DNA of 64,000 nucleotides from Octopus bimaculoides (Eukaryota). Position 1 is the stretch's first letter, and each line of letters opens with the position of its first letter. The notes under the pieces are model-generated. The model worked only from the letters and a program-made list of their open reading frames with translations. It was not told the origin of the DNA and did not search any database. Below, in pieces: positions 40,831 through 53,712 of this stretch. The stretch is from positions 87,484,952 to 87,548,951 of the forward strand of contig NC_068983.1 of NCBI RefSeq assembly GCF_001194135.2, written 5' to 3'. Made by a program: the position numbers and the translations under genes.

Positions 40831-41754
40831 ATAATCTCGTTTCAAACCACTCGCCCAATGAGTATTTGCGCCAAATTTGGTGAAAATCTGTTCAACAATT
40901 TTTCAGTAATTTTCTATGTACTGAGTACTAAGTAGCACATTTTCTAAATGATGGTAGAGTTTGATTTGAGGAAGATTTGGTAGCTATTTCTAGGAAATGA
41001 AGCAACTGTTTGGAAGCCTTTTCTTTCAACTATTTTGTTGGCTTGATTCCCTTATTAGCTATTATCCAATCAACCGAAACAATTAGAATAGTGTAATTCA
41101 AGCATATTGGCAGAAGCTAATAAACCTTTCTATTATACACATAAGGCCTGGTTTTTGAGGGAAGGAATAAGTCAATTATATTAATCCCAGTGCATAACTG
41201 GTGCTTAATTCAAAAGGATTACCAGGGACTAACGATATATACACCGCCACAAATTATTGTTGACAAAGAACAGCACTAATTGTATTCAGCTGAATAGATG
41301 TCAGTGATTGGTTGAAATTAGCGAAATACGACAATTTTTAATATGAAATAACTTCGAATATAAAAATTTTACTCTGTTCCATAAGACAAAATATACAAGT
41401 ATACGAAGTTTTAAAGTGTTTCGGTAGAAAACACACTAAATAAAAACTAAATAAAAAATGGTGTCTGCCAAATCAGAAGGATCTGAAATATCTATATGCT
41501 TATACATGAATGTTCATCTTCAATTTTGGTTTCTCTCTCTCTCTCTCTCTAGATATATATATGTGGACGATTTGACTGAGGACTGGTGAAACCGGATGGC
41601 AACACCAGGCTCCAAATTTAGATTGGAGCCTGGTGTTGCCATCCGGTTTCACCAGTCCTCAGTCAAATCGTCCAATCCATGCTAGCATGGAAAGCAGACG
41701 TTAAACGATGATGATGATGATATATCCCTATACATATTTACATGTATATTTTTG

Positions 41755-42135
41755 TACTTGTTTCAGTCATTTGACTGTGGTCATGCTGAAGCACTGCCTT
41801 TTAGTCGAAGAAATCAATCCCAGGACTTATTCTTGGTAAGCCTAGTACTTATTTAATCGTTTTTTTTTGTTGAACCGCTAGTTACAGGGACGTAAATGCT
41901 TGACAACATCGGTTGTCAAGCGATGGAGTGGGGACAAACACAGACACAAAGACACACACACACACACACATATGATAGGCTTCTTTCAGTTTCCATCTAC
42001 CAAATCCACTCACAAGGCTTTGGTTAGCCCAAGGCTATAGTAGAAGACACTTGCCCAAGGTGCCATGCAATGGGACTGAATATGGAACCATGTAGTTGGG
42101 AAGCAGGCTTCATACCAGACAGCTACACCTGTGCA
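41755..42135 (-). mobile_element. tRNA-derived SINE (same family)
   Basis: Reverse complement of the 56635 copy; further copies at about 12280-12660, 25650-26030, 43740-43990, 48110-48570, 51700-51830 (-) and 43410-43680, 49690-50000 (+). Confidence 0.85.
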
Positions 42136-42568
42136 TATATATATATATATATATTTATACACACATACACAGATAAACAGACACAAAGATTTATATCAAG
42201 TAAGATAGAAAAACAGACAGACACATGAATAACTGAGCGACAGAAAGAGTGGAAAGTAGGGATATTGCCTGATAGACATATATAGAAAGGAGAGATAACA
42301 CTGATAAAACTGAGAGACTAAATGGAAAAGAGTGGAAGATAGATGTGCATAAATGAAAATGTAAACAGATGAGAGACAAAGCATATGAAAGCTGATACAT
42401 TGTCTGCTAATGAACAAAACAGTTTCCTGAAAATTGAAAATGTATTAACAGCAAATGGCAAATTAATTAAAATTTGTTGTTTTTGCCTCTCTTCACCTCT
42501 CTCTCACCCTTTACGCCTAATATACATGTGTGTGTGTATGAAGGGTGTGTATGTATGCGTGTGTGTGC

Positions 42569-42613
<45 letters not shown>

Positions 42614-42857
42614 GGCTGGGTTTCAAAAGAAGCACCACCTAAATGGAGAATTGATTCTGTAATAAATTTTCTTTTGTAGATTTGTATCATAATAGGTTTC
42701 AAACATATAATTTTGGCAAAAAAATCAAGAATGAAACAACTACATCAAGTTACAAACTCCAAACAGAAATGAAAGGTCTAGAGAAAAAACAAAGAAGGAA
42801 ACAATGTTTTAAAGAATCTTTCAGATGAATTGTAATCTCAGATATTCTAAAAATAGG

Positions 42858-43157
42858 NNNNNNNNNNNNNNNNNNNNNNNNNNNNNNNNNNNNNNNNNNN
42901 NNNNNNNNNNNNNNNNNNNNNNNNNNNNNNNNNNNNNNNNNNNNNNNNNNNNNNNNNNNNNNNNNNNNNNNNNNNNNNNNNNNNNNNNNNNNNNNNNNNN
43001 NNNNNNNNNNNNNNNNNNNNNNNNNNNNNNNNNNNNNNNNNNNNNNNNNNNNNNNNNNNNNNNNNNNNNNNNNNNNNNNNNNNNNNNNNNNNNNNNNNNN
43101 NNNNNNNNNNNNNNNNNNNNNNNNNNNNNNNNNNNNNNNNNNNNNNNNNNNNNNNNN
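42858..43157. other. Assembly gap (N)
   Basis: 300 N. Confidence 1.
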
Positions 43158-43273
43158 GAAATGGATCACATCTTGTGTCTATTAAAACCTAAATTGTTCT
43201 CAACATGAAATATAGCAGCATACCAAAAACGTGAGCGGGCAAGACATTTAAAATCACCTAAACAAGCATTATT

Positions 43274-43337
43274 AAACAGGAACTAGTTTCGGATTTAACA
43301 AATTCTTACCATTTGTCTATTTCTCATCAGCCTGATT
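43274..43337 (-). ncRNA. Putative minimal type I hammerhead ribozyme
   Basis: CAGG-CTGATGA-G...C-GAAA-C-TA-GTT-CCTG; stem II partly decayed; palindromic ACTAGT stem III. Confidence 0.55.
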
Positions 43338-43434
43338 TGTAATGAGCCGTAATCATCAGAATCGTATACAGAGTTGCCCACCGCCATTGGTGCGCGTGTA
43401 TATGGTTCTGCTAATTACAGCTTAATGGTAAAAT

Positions 43435-43481
<47 letters not shown>

Positions 43482-45977
43482 CCCCCACCACTGCTTGACA
43501 TCCAGTATTGGTGTGTTTATATCCCCATAACTTGGCAATTTGGCAGAAGGGACCGATAGAATAAGTACTAGGCTTAAAAAAAGAAGTCGTGGGGTCAATT
43601 TGTTCAAATAAAACCCTTCAAGGCAGTGCCCCAGCATGGCCACAGTCAAATGACTGAAATAAGTAAAAGATAAAAAATATATCCATATCTTTATTGGGGG
43701 TCATTGTCTTGAAGATTCTACTCAAAGAAATCAACCCCAGTACTTTTTAAGCCAGGTACTTATTCTGGTGGTCTCTTTTTTGAAGCCGCTAAGTTACAGG
43801 AACAAAAACAAACCAACATAGGTTGACAAGTCGTGGTGTTGGACAAACATAAAAACACACATATAGATGATGCGATTCCACACAGTTTCCTTCTGTCAAA
43901 TTTACTCACAGAGAATTGATTGGCCCAGGGCTGACATAGAACACTCTTGGCCATGGTGCTGAAACTGTGGCTTCAAAGCAAGCTTCTAAATCACACACCT
44001 ATATATATGTATATATATTACACACCTCTTTTGTCATCAGACCCTACCTGCCATCACTCCCTTCGATATTCTCTCAGCTTCAATCCTCCACTCCAGTCAT
44101 TATTTCTTCTGTAATACTCTTGTTCCCTTCACCTCCTCTAGTTTGTCTGTCATTACCTATTCTTTTCATCTTGGTCACATTGCCTTGAATGAACAATATA
44201 GAGCAGTGAGGTAGAAGGTAACCTCACTTGCACTGGTGACATGAAAAAATGCACACAGGAAGGAGGAAAGACAAATATATGGTTCAGAGGGCCTTTTAGT
44301 CTTTTAGAAGACATAACAACTTAACTTCTTTTGTACTGGAACCATGGTAAACTGTACTCACTACATTCTGTAAAGCGATTTGTGTTAGGAAGGGCATCCA
44401 ACAATACCAAATAAACTAATAATATCCAACAATATCAAATAAACTAATAAGGGAATATGCAAACAAGATGTGGTCTTCCAACCTGTCTAGGTGAAGAGTG
44501 TCTCTGAATATAGATTGCCATGTCCAACTCATTCCAAAATGGAAAGCAGATGTAAAATGATAATGTTATATGACAAATATACATAATATATATATGTTGC
44601 ACTAATAAATGACAATGTCATATATATATGTAGAGAGAGAGGGAGTGGGAAGAGGGCATATGTACTGGGAAATTAAGATAAACACCAGTATAAATATTTA
44701 GTGCCTTATTGCATTTTGTTAAAGAGATCTCTGTAACAAAATGCAATAAGGAACTAAATATGTATATTGGTGTTTATCTTAATTTTTCACTATATGTGCT
44801 CTATATATAACTAGAAACACTATTAAGTACAGTAGTTGACTAGCCACTAAAGTGAAAGATGACTGGATACGTGTAGCTCTAACTCATACAGTAGTAGTGT
44901 TGTACCCCCTCACACACACACATAATCTGTCCTCTGTCAAAACCCTCACACTCTCACCATGTCCACCTCAGTCCTCATCTCTAATCATCTGTAACACTAT
45001 TTACATGCATTTCCAAACTTACCTATTTACGAACCCTTTCAGTTGCTCTTTCTCTATTCTCTCTCTTACATTCCCTTGTACATTGAGGATATCCCCAGCT
45101 CTCTCTCTTCTCTTTGCAAGTTCCTGTCCCAGTTCCTATGCTTCTATCATACTCTCACATACTGAAGCAGTTATGAAAAGCTATCAAGACCAAACACCCA
45201 GGAAAACTAATGAATGGGGTCTTGTTTCATCAGGACAATGCTCCAGCATGCAAATCCCTAGTTTCAGTGGTTGTTGTGCATGGTTGTGGCTTTAAACTGG
45301 TCGATCACCATCCCTAATCTCCTGATTTATTCCCATCTGACTATATTCACTCAGTTGTAAGTACTTGGTAACCTCAGTGCAATGAAAAGAAAAACACCCA
45401 GTACATACTGCACAGTGGTTGGAGTTAGGAATTGCATCCAGCTGTAGGAACCATGTCAAAGCAGACACTGGAGCTTGGCACAATCCTCTGGCTCATTTGT
45501 TGAAAGCACCTGGCCCATGCCAGTATGGATGATGAATGTTAGATTATGATAATGATGGTGTGTGCATGCTTGCACGTATCCATGCGTGTGTGTTCAGAAA
45601 ATGCAAAAATGAAATCTAAATAGTCATTCAATAATGGTTTCATTTTTTGGCACAAGGCCAGCAAGTTTGGCGTAAGTTGATACTTATTTTATTGATCCTG
45701 AAAGAATGAAAGGCAAAGTCAACCATGGAGGGATTTGGACACAAAATATAAAGACAGATGATATTGCCAGGCATGATAACAATTCTGCCAGCTTATGTTC
45801 ATTCTCAATCTCTTTTTTTTTTTTTTGAGATTTTAGCATCAACATCAGTTAGTAGTAAGACTAATTATGCTGTTATATGCAGAATTATTTCATGTTTTGC
45901 AGTATTACTATTATATATATGTTGGTAACAGTTAGTTACAACTAATATTATTGGTTATAATTAATGCTTTTAATTAC

Positions 45978-46142
45978 CTTGGGAACTGGTATTGGTCTCA
46001 CTGGAGGCTTGGGTGTATTAGGTAGACTGATGCTCCATTTGTTGTATGGATCCCCTTCATAAGTACACTGTATGTTTAAAATTGTTGAACAAATTTCTTT
46101 CTCAGTTAAATTACTTTTAGAAAGCACATAGAGGGTTTCAGG
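45978..46142 (-). CDS. SMPD1: SMPD1 coding exon 2: end of saposin + Pro-rich linker (PETLYVL...EICS...WSISLPNTPKPPVRPIPVPK)
   Basis: 55 codons; ttttcag acceptor, GTAATT donor, phase 0/0; below the ORF-track threshold, read manually. Confidence 0.92.
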
Positions 46143-46240
46143 CTGAAAATTTAATAGAATATATACATATATAGAATAGTAGCAATGTGTAACATATTAA
46201 ATATGCTTAAATATAATATAGAAAGATGCTTTCATACATA

Positions 46241-47310
46241 CAAGGGGTGGTTGAAAAGTTCATAGACTTACCAAGATACCCTCATGAAATGTGACCAAAT
46301 AAAGTCTATTTTTCAACATAGCCTCTCTCCCCACTGTAGTCTACATACTTCTTCCATCGGTGTTGCAGCACTTGGATCCCATTGGTGAAGCTTTTATCAT
46401 GTTGGTCAAAAAATTCATGAACAGCAAATATGACATCATTATCACTGTGATACTGGTTCCCAGCCAAGCGCTTTTTCATGTTAGGGAACAGGTGATAGTC
46501 AGATGGGGCAAAATCAGGAGCAGAAGGAGGGTGATCAATTAGTTCAAAGCCACACTCATGCACAGCAGCCATTGAAACCAGGGACTTACATGCTGGAGCA
46601 TTGTCCTGATGAAACAAGACCCCTTTCATTAGTTTTCCTCAGCATTTCATTTTGATAGCCTTTTGTAACTGCCTCAGTAAGTTGGCATAGTACTCTCCAC
46701 TGATGTGTGGTCCTTTTGAAGAAAGTCAATAAGCATAGTGCCTTTTGCATCCCAAAAAACTGAGGCCATCACTTTCCCTGCAGATGAAATGACCTTGGCC
46801 TTCTTTGGAGTAGGTTGGCGGGGGTGTTTCCACTGCATTGATTGTCTCTTTGTTTTTGGTTCAAAGTGATGTACCTAACACTCATCCTGGTTTAGGAAAC
46901 ATTCAAGAAAACATTCAAGAAAACCATGTCAGATCTGATCAACTTGGTGTGCTTTTGATCAGGTGTCAAATGTGACACCCACCAAACGGAAACATTTGTC
47001 ATGCCAAGTTCATTGTGCATAATATTCTCAACTCTCTCATGGGATATGCTAATAGCATAGGCGGCAGGATGTCCAGACCCTGGGTCAGCTTCAACACTCC
47101 CCCTTCCCCTCTTAAATTCAGATGTTAACTTTTGCATTGTTGATAAAGCTGGCATGTCATCCCCAATTGTAGTGAACATGTCAGCATGAATGCCCTTAGG
47201 GGCTAAACCCTCTTTCTGCAGGTACTTGATAGCACCTCAATGCCAAATTTTGTCCATTTTCAAAAGAAGTTGCTACTAGTTACTTTTGAAGTTTTCTTTG
47301 AACAGCCAGA
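46241..47310 (-). mobile_element. Decayed mariner element, intron between coding exons 1 and 2
   Basis: FHQDNAPA, HPPSAPDFAPSDYHLF, WVSHLT motifs; TA-CAAGGGGTGGTTGAAAAGTT end; other end degenerate. Confidence 0.85.
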
Positions 47311-47607
47311 TGTCATTTTACTTAGAAAGAAACAATGCAGTTATTAATAAGAACAGGTAAAATTACTGCATGCAAGATTTCACACCTCTAGCATCAATCA
47401 TTCATAGTCAGCCCATGAACTTTTCAGCCCACCCTCGTATACATGCACATATATGCTTTCAATGAGATATATAGTCTTTTAAGTAAATTAAAAGAAATGA
47501 CAGCTGTGGAGTTCGAATTCAGAACATAACTATGTAACACATCTTGTTTTGGCATTCCACTTACCTTACTGGTCACTGCACACTCACTTGTCATATATAA
47601 ATGCATG

Positions 47608-47659
<52 letters not shown>

Positions 47660-47741
47660 CACACGCACACAAAGGAGAACCAGAATATTAAATTACATTA
47701 ATAAAATGACACTAATATGAGTGTCAAAGTGTATTACTTAC

Positions 47742-48011
47742 TTGGAATTCTTTGACAACATCAGCACATACTTTACGACTTTCAATGTAGAAATGTATAC
47801 AAGCTTCTTTGATGATTTCACCAATGAGTGAACTTTGGGGATTACTCTTCAATATCTTTCGGAAAAATACAATTGCTGATTCACAAGCAAGGCATTTCAG
47901 AGAAAGTTTCAAGGAACGCTTTTCTACTTGATGGTGAAGTGGAGAAGTTGTAACAAAAGCCACCCAAGACACAAGCAAAACAGCTGGTATAACATAATAG
48001 AGTTTCATCAT
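47742..48011 (-). CDS. SMPD1: SMPD1 coding exon 1: signal peptide + N-terminal saposin-B (MMKLYY...EKRSLKLSLKCLAC...VVKEFQ)
   Basis: 90 codons; ttccag acceptor 10 nt before the ATG (48022-48023); GTAAGT donor, phase 0. Confidence 0.92.
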
Positions 48012-49169
48012 TGATAAATTTCTGGAATAGAAAAAGAAAAAGGGAAAATTTATATCATAAAACAAAAGTAAACTATGAACTATTAAAGAATAAAAAAATC
48101 CTCTTTCATTAGTTACTTATTTCAGTCTTTGGACTATGGCCAAACTGGGGCACTACCATGAAGTATGTAGTCAAACAAATTGACCTCAGTACTTTATGGG
48201 GATGTAAACAAACAACACAAACAGATGCACATGCACACACATAAATAGACTTCTTTCAGTTTCTGTTTACCATGTAACATATTTTTAAGCCTGATACTTA
48301 TTCTATTGGTATTTTCTCTTGCTGAATTGCTAAGTTACAGGGACATAAAACAAACTAACACTGGTTGTCAAGTAGTGATGTGGGGACAAACACACACACA
48401 CACATGATGGGCTTCTTTCAGTTTCTGTCTACCAAATCCACTCATAAGGTTTTGGTTGACCTGAGGCTATAGTAAAAGACATTAGCTCAAGGTGCCATGC
48501 AATGGGACTGAACCCAGAACCATGTGGTTGGGAAGTAAACTTCTTACCACACAGCCATGCCTATACCTATACATCAAGATAAAAATTAATTCTGTAAATT
48601 TCAGAATTAGGAATCTGACAAAACAATGAAATGATTGAAGCTTATATCTAACCTAATCATTGTTATTGTTTTTATTTGTGTTGTCAGAGAGTTCTCATTT
48701 AATGAGCATTGTATTAAAAAATGTGCAAGTTCCACTTGCATTCTATTCATGATTAGCAGTTAACCATTGTTATGTACAATGATCCTTTAACTTGGCAATT
48801 GTCCACGAGACTTGTAAATAAAGGCAGAGAAGTCTGCAAACCACTACCACATGGTTTTTGACAAAAACAGAACTAAAGATTATAGATATTATAACAGTTA
48901 ATGATCCTTGTGGCCAAAACCACAACAACCACAACAACCACAACATATCATGACTGAACTTTGTCACCAATTGTTATAGTCTCTATCAAACCACTGGAAA
49001 TGTTAGAGAAAGAGAACTAGATAACCCATTTATTAACAATTTCACATTAGCTTTCCAGTGTTAGTTGTAGCTGACTGGGTTTGCAAAATATCAGAGTAAA
49101 TATTCAATAATGGAATTATTTCCTTAAATACCAACCAACCAGCCAACCAACCAAAATTGGAAACATTTA

Positions 49170-49580
49170 TTGTGGAGGGAACATGTGGAAGGGGTAGACC
49201 AAAAAGATGTGGAATGAAGTGGTGAGAAAGGATCTTCAGATGCTGGGCTTCACAGAGGGGATGATGAGAGACCAAGACTTCTGGCAGTTTGTTGTGCTTG
49301 AGAAGATGCATCAAGCTAAGTAAAATCGCAGTTGTCTTTGCATACAGGCATGTCCCCAACATCCCACTTCAGCTGAACAATGCTAATCTTGTGGGTGTAG
49401 GTGCCACATAAAAAAAACCATCCAGTATACTCTGTAAAGTGGTTGGCTTTAAGAAGGGAATCCAGCCGAAGAAACTATGCCAAAACAGACATGAAGCCTG
49501 GGCAGCTTTTCAGCTGGCCAGTCCCTGTTAAACAGTCCAACACATGGCAACATGGAAAACAGATATTAAATGATGATGAT
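49170..49580 (+). mobile_element. RTE LINE 3' end fragment
   Basis: GAGGGAACATGTGGAAGGGGTAGACC...GAAGTGGTGAG matches 3005-3150; followed by the tail ending GATGATGAT. Confidence 0.75.
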
Positions 49581-52399
49581 TAATTTTTATGTTGTTAAAT
49601 TAAAATAGAAATAATAATTGAATTTTTAAATATCTAAGAAGAGAATTGTTAATAAGATTGATATCTTCCAGCATTTGGAATTTATATCTATAATGTGGCT
49701 GTGTGGTAAGAAATTTGTTCCCTAAATACATGGTTTTGAGTTCAGTTCTTGGGTAAGTGTCTTTCTTCTATACTCTAGGGCTGACAAAAGCCTTATGCGT
49801 GGATGTGGTAGATGGAAACTGAGGGAGTGTGTGTGTGCGTGTGTGTGCATGAGTGCGTGTTTTTGTGTTTGTCCCTCAGTAACTTAGTAGGTTGGTGAAA
49901 GAGACTGATAAAATAAATACCATAAGTACTGTGGTCGATTTGATTGACTAAAACCCTTAAAGGTGGTCCCAAGCATGACTGCAATCTAATAACCATACGT
50001 ACCAGACAAATGTAAGAAACAAATCTATCCATACCCAGAAGAAAACTGCCTGCACATAGAATGCAATTAACCTTAGTTTGGAAATAAAGATTCTTAGTTC
50101 AAATGCAGGAATAAAACATATGATGGTAATAAATCAAATTATGAAAATGTAAAGTAAATTGTAAATAATGACATGGAAGATGAAGTTGATAGTCTCCAAA
50201 ACTCTATCCTGTTAGGAATGTTCATGTTTTAACATTGTAAAAATGAAATCAAAAATAAACAAACTGAATTTGAAATATAATGTGAAGAACCATTGATCTG
50301 TTTTTTAATTTCACTTTTTACTTTCATTTATAAACAACACTTTAATTTTAAATTATAACATTTAAATACAAAGAAACAGGAAAAAAAAAACAAGAAAAAG
50401 AAAAGAGAAAAAGAAAGAAAGAAACTAAGTGGGGGTAAAGCAGCAGAAGATGGAGGGGTGGATGTGGCACGTACGCTAGAACAAATAGTGTGCTCAGCCG
50501 TGCTCTGCAATAATGATCTGTTTATACTGTACATGCTATTAAGAATAATTAACTTGGCTAATGAGTATTAAATCAGATGTGATATACTGAAGGGTAATAA
50601 CACAGGAGACAAGACTAATTTGTTTCATGAAGGATGCAGACAGTTTTCAGATAGATACAAAATATTAGATGAAAGGAAATGAAATTTTTCTTAAGATTCT
50701 AAAATTCACAACTTAGTCAAGGTCATTAACAATTTGAAATGATTGCATGTCACAATAAAACAAATATATACAAGTAGACAGATATATTTTTTTAACGCGT
50801 AAGAACTGATAGAACAGCATATATAGGAGAAAATCCTTACAGAGCAGAAAAATCTGTCAGCAGCCAGCCATGAATCTCATACATTGAAAAAATATATCTT
50901 TCTTCTTGTACTAAGACACATTCCAGTGCTTCAGAAACACATTTACGTTTGTTTACATGTGATGTAATTTCTATACATATATAAGGTTTTATATATTGTT
51001 TTATGTTTCAGCCTTAAGGCTGGGGTCACAAAAGTGACAGAGGCTGCTGACTAGCATCGCTTGTGCAAAAATACGAGTTAAATTAACTCTAAAGCTACTA
51101 AAGCCCTATACTTAATGACTGATAAAGGGAGGAAAGTCCCTAATGCCTAGGGTTAACTCAACTTCATTTGTCAATCTTATAAGAAAAACCATTGAAATCA
51201 TGTGCTGATTTTCAAAAGGATAAAAGTGTAAACAACAAATTAAGAGGGTGGCTTATTAGCAATTAGAACCTAATGGCAAAATTAATAGAGATCACAAAAG
51301 TGACAGAGGTTGCTGGCTAGCATCGCTTATGCTAACATAAGAGTTAAATTAACTCTAAAACCACTAAAGCACTATACTTTGTCAGTCATTAAGTATAATG
51401 CTTTAGTGGCTTTCTCTCTCTATATATACAGTATGTATAAACATCATCGTTTTAGTGTCAACTTTTCCATGTTTGTGTAGGTCAGATGAAATTTGTTGAA
51501 GCACATTTTCTGATTGACTACTTTACTTGTGATCGTCAAGACTTAATTGCAAGCAAGATGATATTTTTCCCAACATTGTTTTGATGGAAGGTTGCAAACA
51601 TGTAACACTAGATGTATAATGGCGGCCTTTGTTTACAATTAGTATGATCACATCAAGATGACAGACACCAACACACATATACATACACAAACATGCACAT
51701 ATACATGTGATGGGCTTCTTTTCAGTTTCTGTTGACGAATTTTATTTTCAAAGTTTTGGTTGGCCAGGGGCTATAGTAGAAGATGCTGGCCCAAGGTGCT
51801 GCACAGGGGGACCGAACCTGAAACTGTTAATATCTAGATCTGCACCCGGTGAGGAAAATTTCCCACAGTAATATGAAATTAAAGTGGTTTTTTTTTTTTG
51901 AAAGTTACAAAAAAATATGAGTTTTGTCCAGAAGTGTGTCCGGGGAAACCGCGCTGGTGAAGTTTAGAGGGGATGTGCTCGAGAAATGTATAGAAATTAA
52001 AGGAGTGGCTGCGTGGTAAGTAGCTTGCTTACCAACATATACACATATACACACATATATACATATACACACATATACATATACACAAAGATCACACTCA
52101 CATAAATTCACACATACAGATCTCACATATAAACATGACACAAGTAACAATACCCACACACACATATAAATACACCCAATCTTACTCAGGTCAAGATTAT
52201 GTAGTTTTATAATATTCAAACCAACTATTACTTTCAGGAGATGGGCTTTTTCCTGTTTTAGTTGCTCTATAGCCTTAGTAGTTTTTTCTAGGTTGATCCA
52301 TCCAGTTCTGCTTTATCTATTGTGAGAGGTAATGAATTGTTGAATTGAGGAACATGCAGGGAGCATTAAAGAGATTCTGGAAATGTTTCTATCACTTGT

Positions 52400-52980
52400 C
52401 TAGTAGAAATATAATCTTGAAGAGTACCAGCCTGTCTGCACTATGCAAGGAATTCTGGAGTTTTTGTGAAAGGCTGTAGGCAGCCTTTAGGGCCTCATAA
52501 AACCCTGAACTATAGTCCATCATGGCAGACAAACACTGCCCAGAAAGCCAATGTGAATTCAGAGCTAACAGGAACATCACAAACCTGGAGTTATTCTTAG
52601 GCAGCTCCAACAGAACATGAGAGGCATACAAGTAATGTTTGTTGCTGTTACCAAAGCACTTGGTACTGAGCAGGAAAGATCTGGGAACACAGAATGGGAC
52701 TAAGATACCCCACCTACTTCATAAATTTCTCAGAATGGTCATCTATCAATATGAAGATCAGCATAGCCAAGTTAGCCACTACAAAATACTTTCAGAACCT
52801 TTCCAAACAGGAAAGAGGGTACAGCAATACTGAATCCCTTCAGCATAATGACTGTAAGGTCCACAGAAGACTTTCATGGGGAAGCTGGTCTCGTCATCCG
52901 ATACCATCATGATGGTAGCCAGTTAGATCTGAGATATCTTCAATAACATACTAGAGTAACTCATTCAGGAGCTGCTGCAG
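52400..52980 (+). mobile_element. Old RTE (BovB-like) RT fragment, a second RTE family
   Basis: Frameshifted peptides LPESQCEFRANR..RQLQ, IRYHHDGSQLDLRYLQ and LIQELL resemble RTE RT (LPESQCGFR; IRYRTDGxLFNLRRLQ). Confidence 0.6.
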
Positions 52981-53054
52981 TCAAGCTTGTCTGCCTCTAC
53001 TGGTTTTGTCTACCTGCAGTAGACACAGACAAACCCTTTCTCAATTCACTGCTT

Positions 53055-53095
<41 letters not shown>

Positions 53096-53712
53096 GCCAA
53101 GAAGAGCTTGGCTCAGTCATCAGTTTACCAGCCCCTGTCGAAAGCAGCCAACCCATGCCAGCATGGAAGATAGATGCTAAATAATGATGATGATGACACA
53201 GAAAGAAAGTTGAATGGAGACAATTTCCTAACAAAAAAGTCATCTACTAGCTCAAAGTTTTCAAAGATATGTGGAATAAAAAAATCTCTTACATGATAAA
53301 CAGATAAGAATTATCAAAAAGAAGGGTGTCTGGCTGTAAAACAATGCTTCAGTAATGTGTATTTATCTAATCTTATCTAGTATTAATATGAGGAAATGCA
53401 TTAACAACAAATGGTGCACTTACAGATACACACACATATACATATACACGGTTAAAGTGATCTTAATTATCACCATTACCTTATCAGTACTCCAATCAAT
53501 ATCATCCACATGTCAAATGTTGACTCACACAAGATATTTTACAACAGCAGCAAAAAATTTTGAGTGTTAGGAGCTCAATTTCATATCCTCATGACAGAAA
53601 ATTCATTGTAATGAATTTCATTGTAATTAAGCTCATTTAGTGTTGTTTCAATAGAATTGTGGCCAGAGACTGAAAACAATTTTGTTACATTGGTATTTTG
53701 TATTATGTAATT

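Larger units (their letters stand above)
10373..48011 (-). other. SMPD1: Gene span (coding part): acid sphingomyelinase / sphingomyelin phosphodiesterase, 13 coding exons, 566 aa
   Basis: Manually spliced exons give a continuous 1701-nt ORF; every junction is GT-AG and phase-compatible. Product: signal peptide, 6-Cys saposin-B domain, Pro-rich linker, metallophosphoesterase motifs DIH, TGD, GNHE, GHIPP, GHTH, and a Cys-containing C-terminal domain. The saposin domain argues for SMPD1 rather than SMPDL3. Confidence 0.95.

Noticed and set aside
47724-48065. ORF-track start MFYDINFPFFFFYSRNLS as the SMPD1 N-terminus
   Set aside because: That stretch is the intronic polypyrimidine tract; the hydrophobic signal peptide begins at ATG 48011
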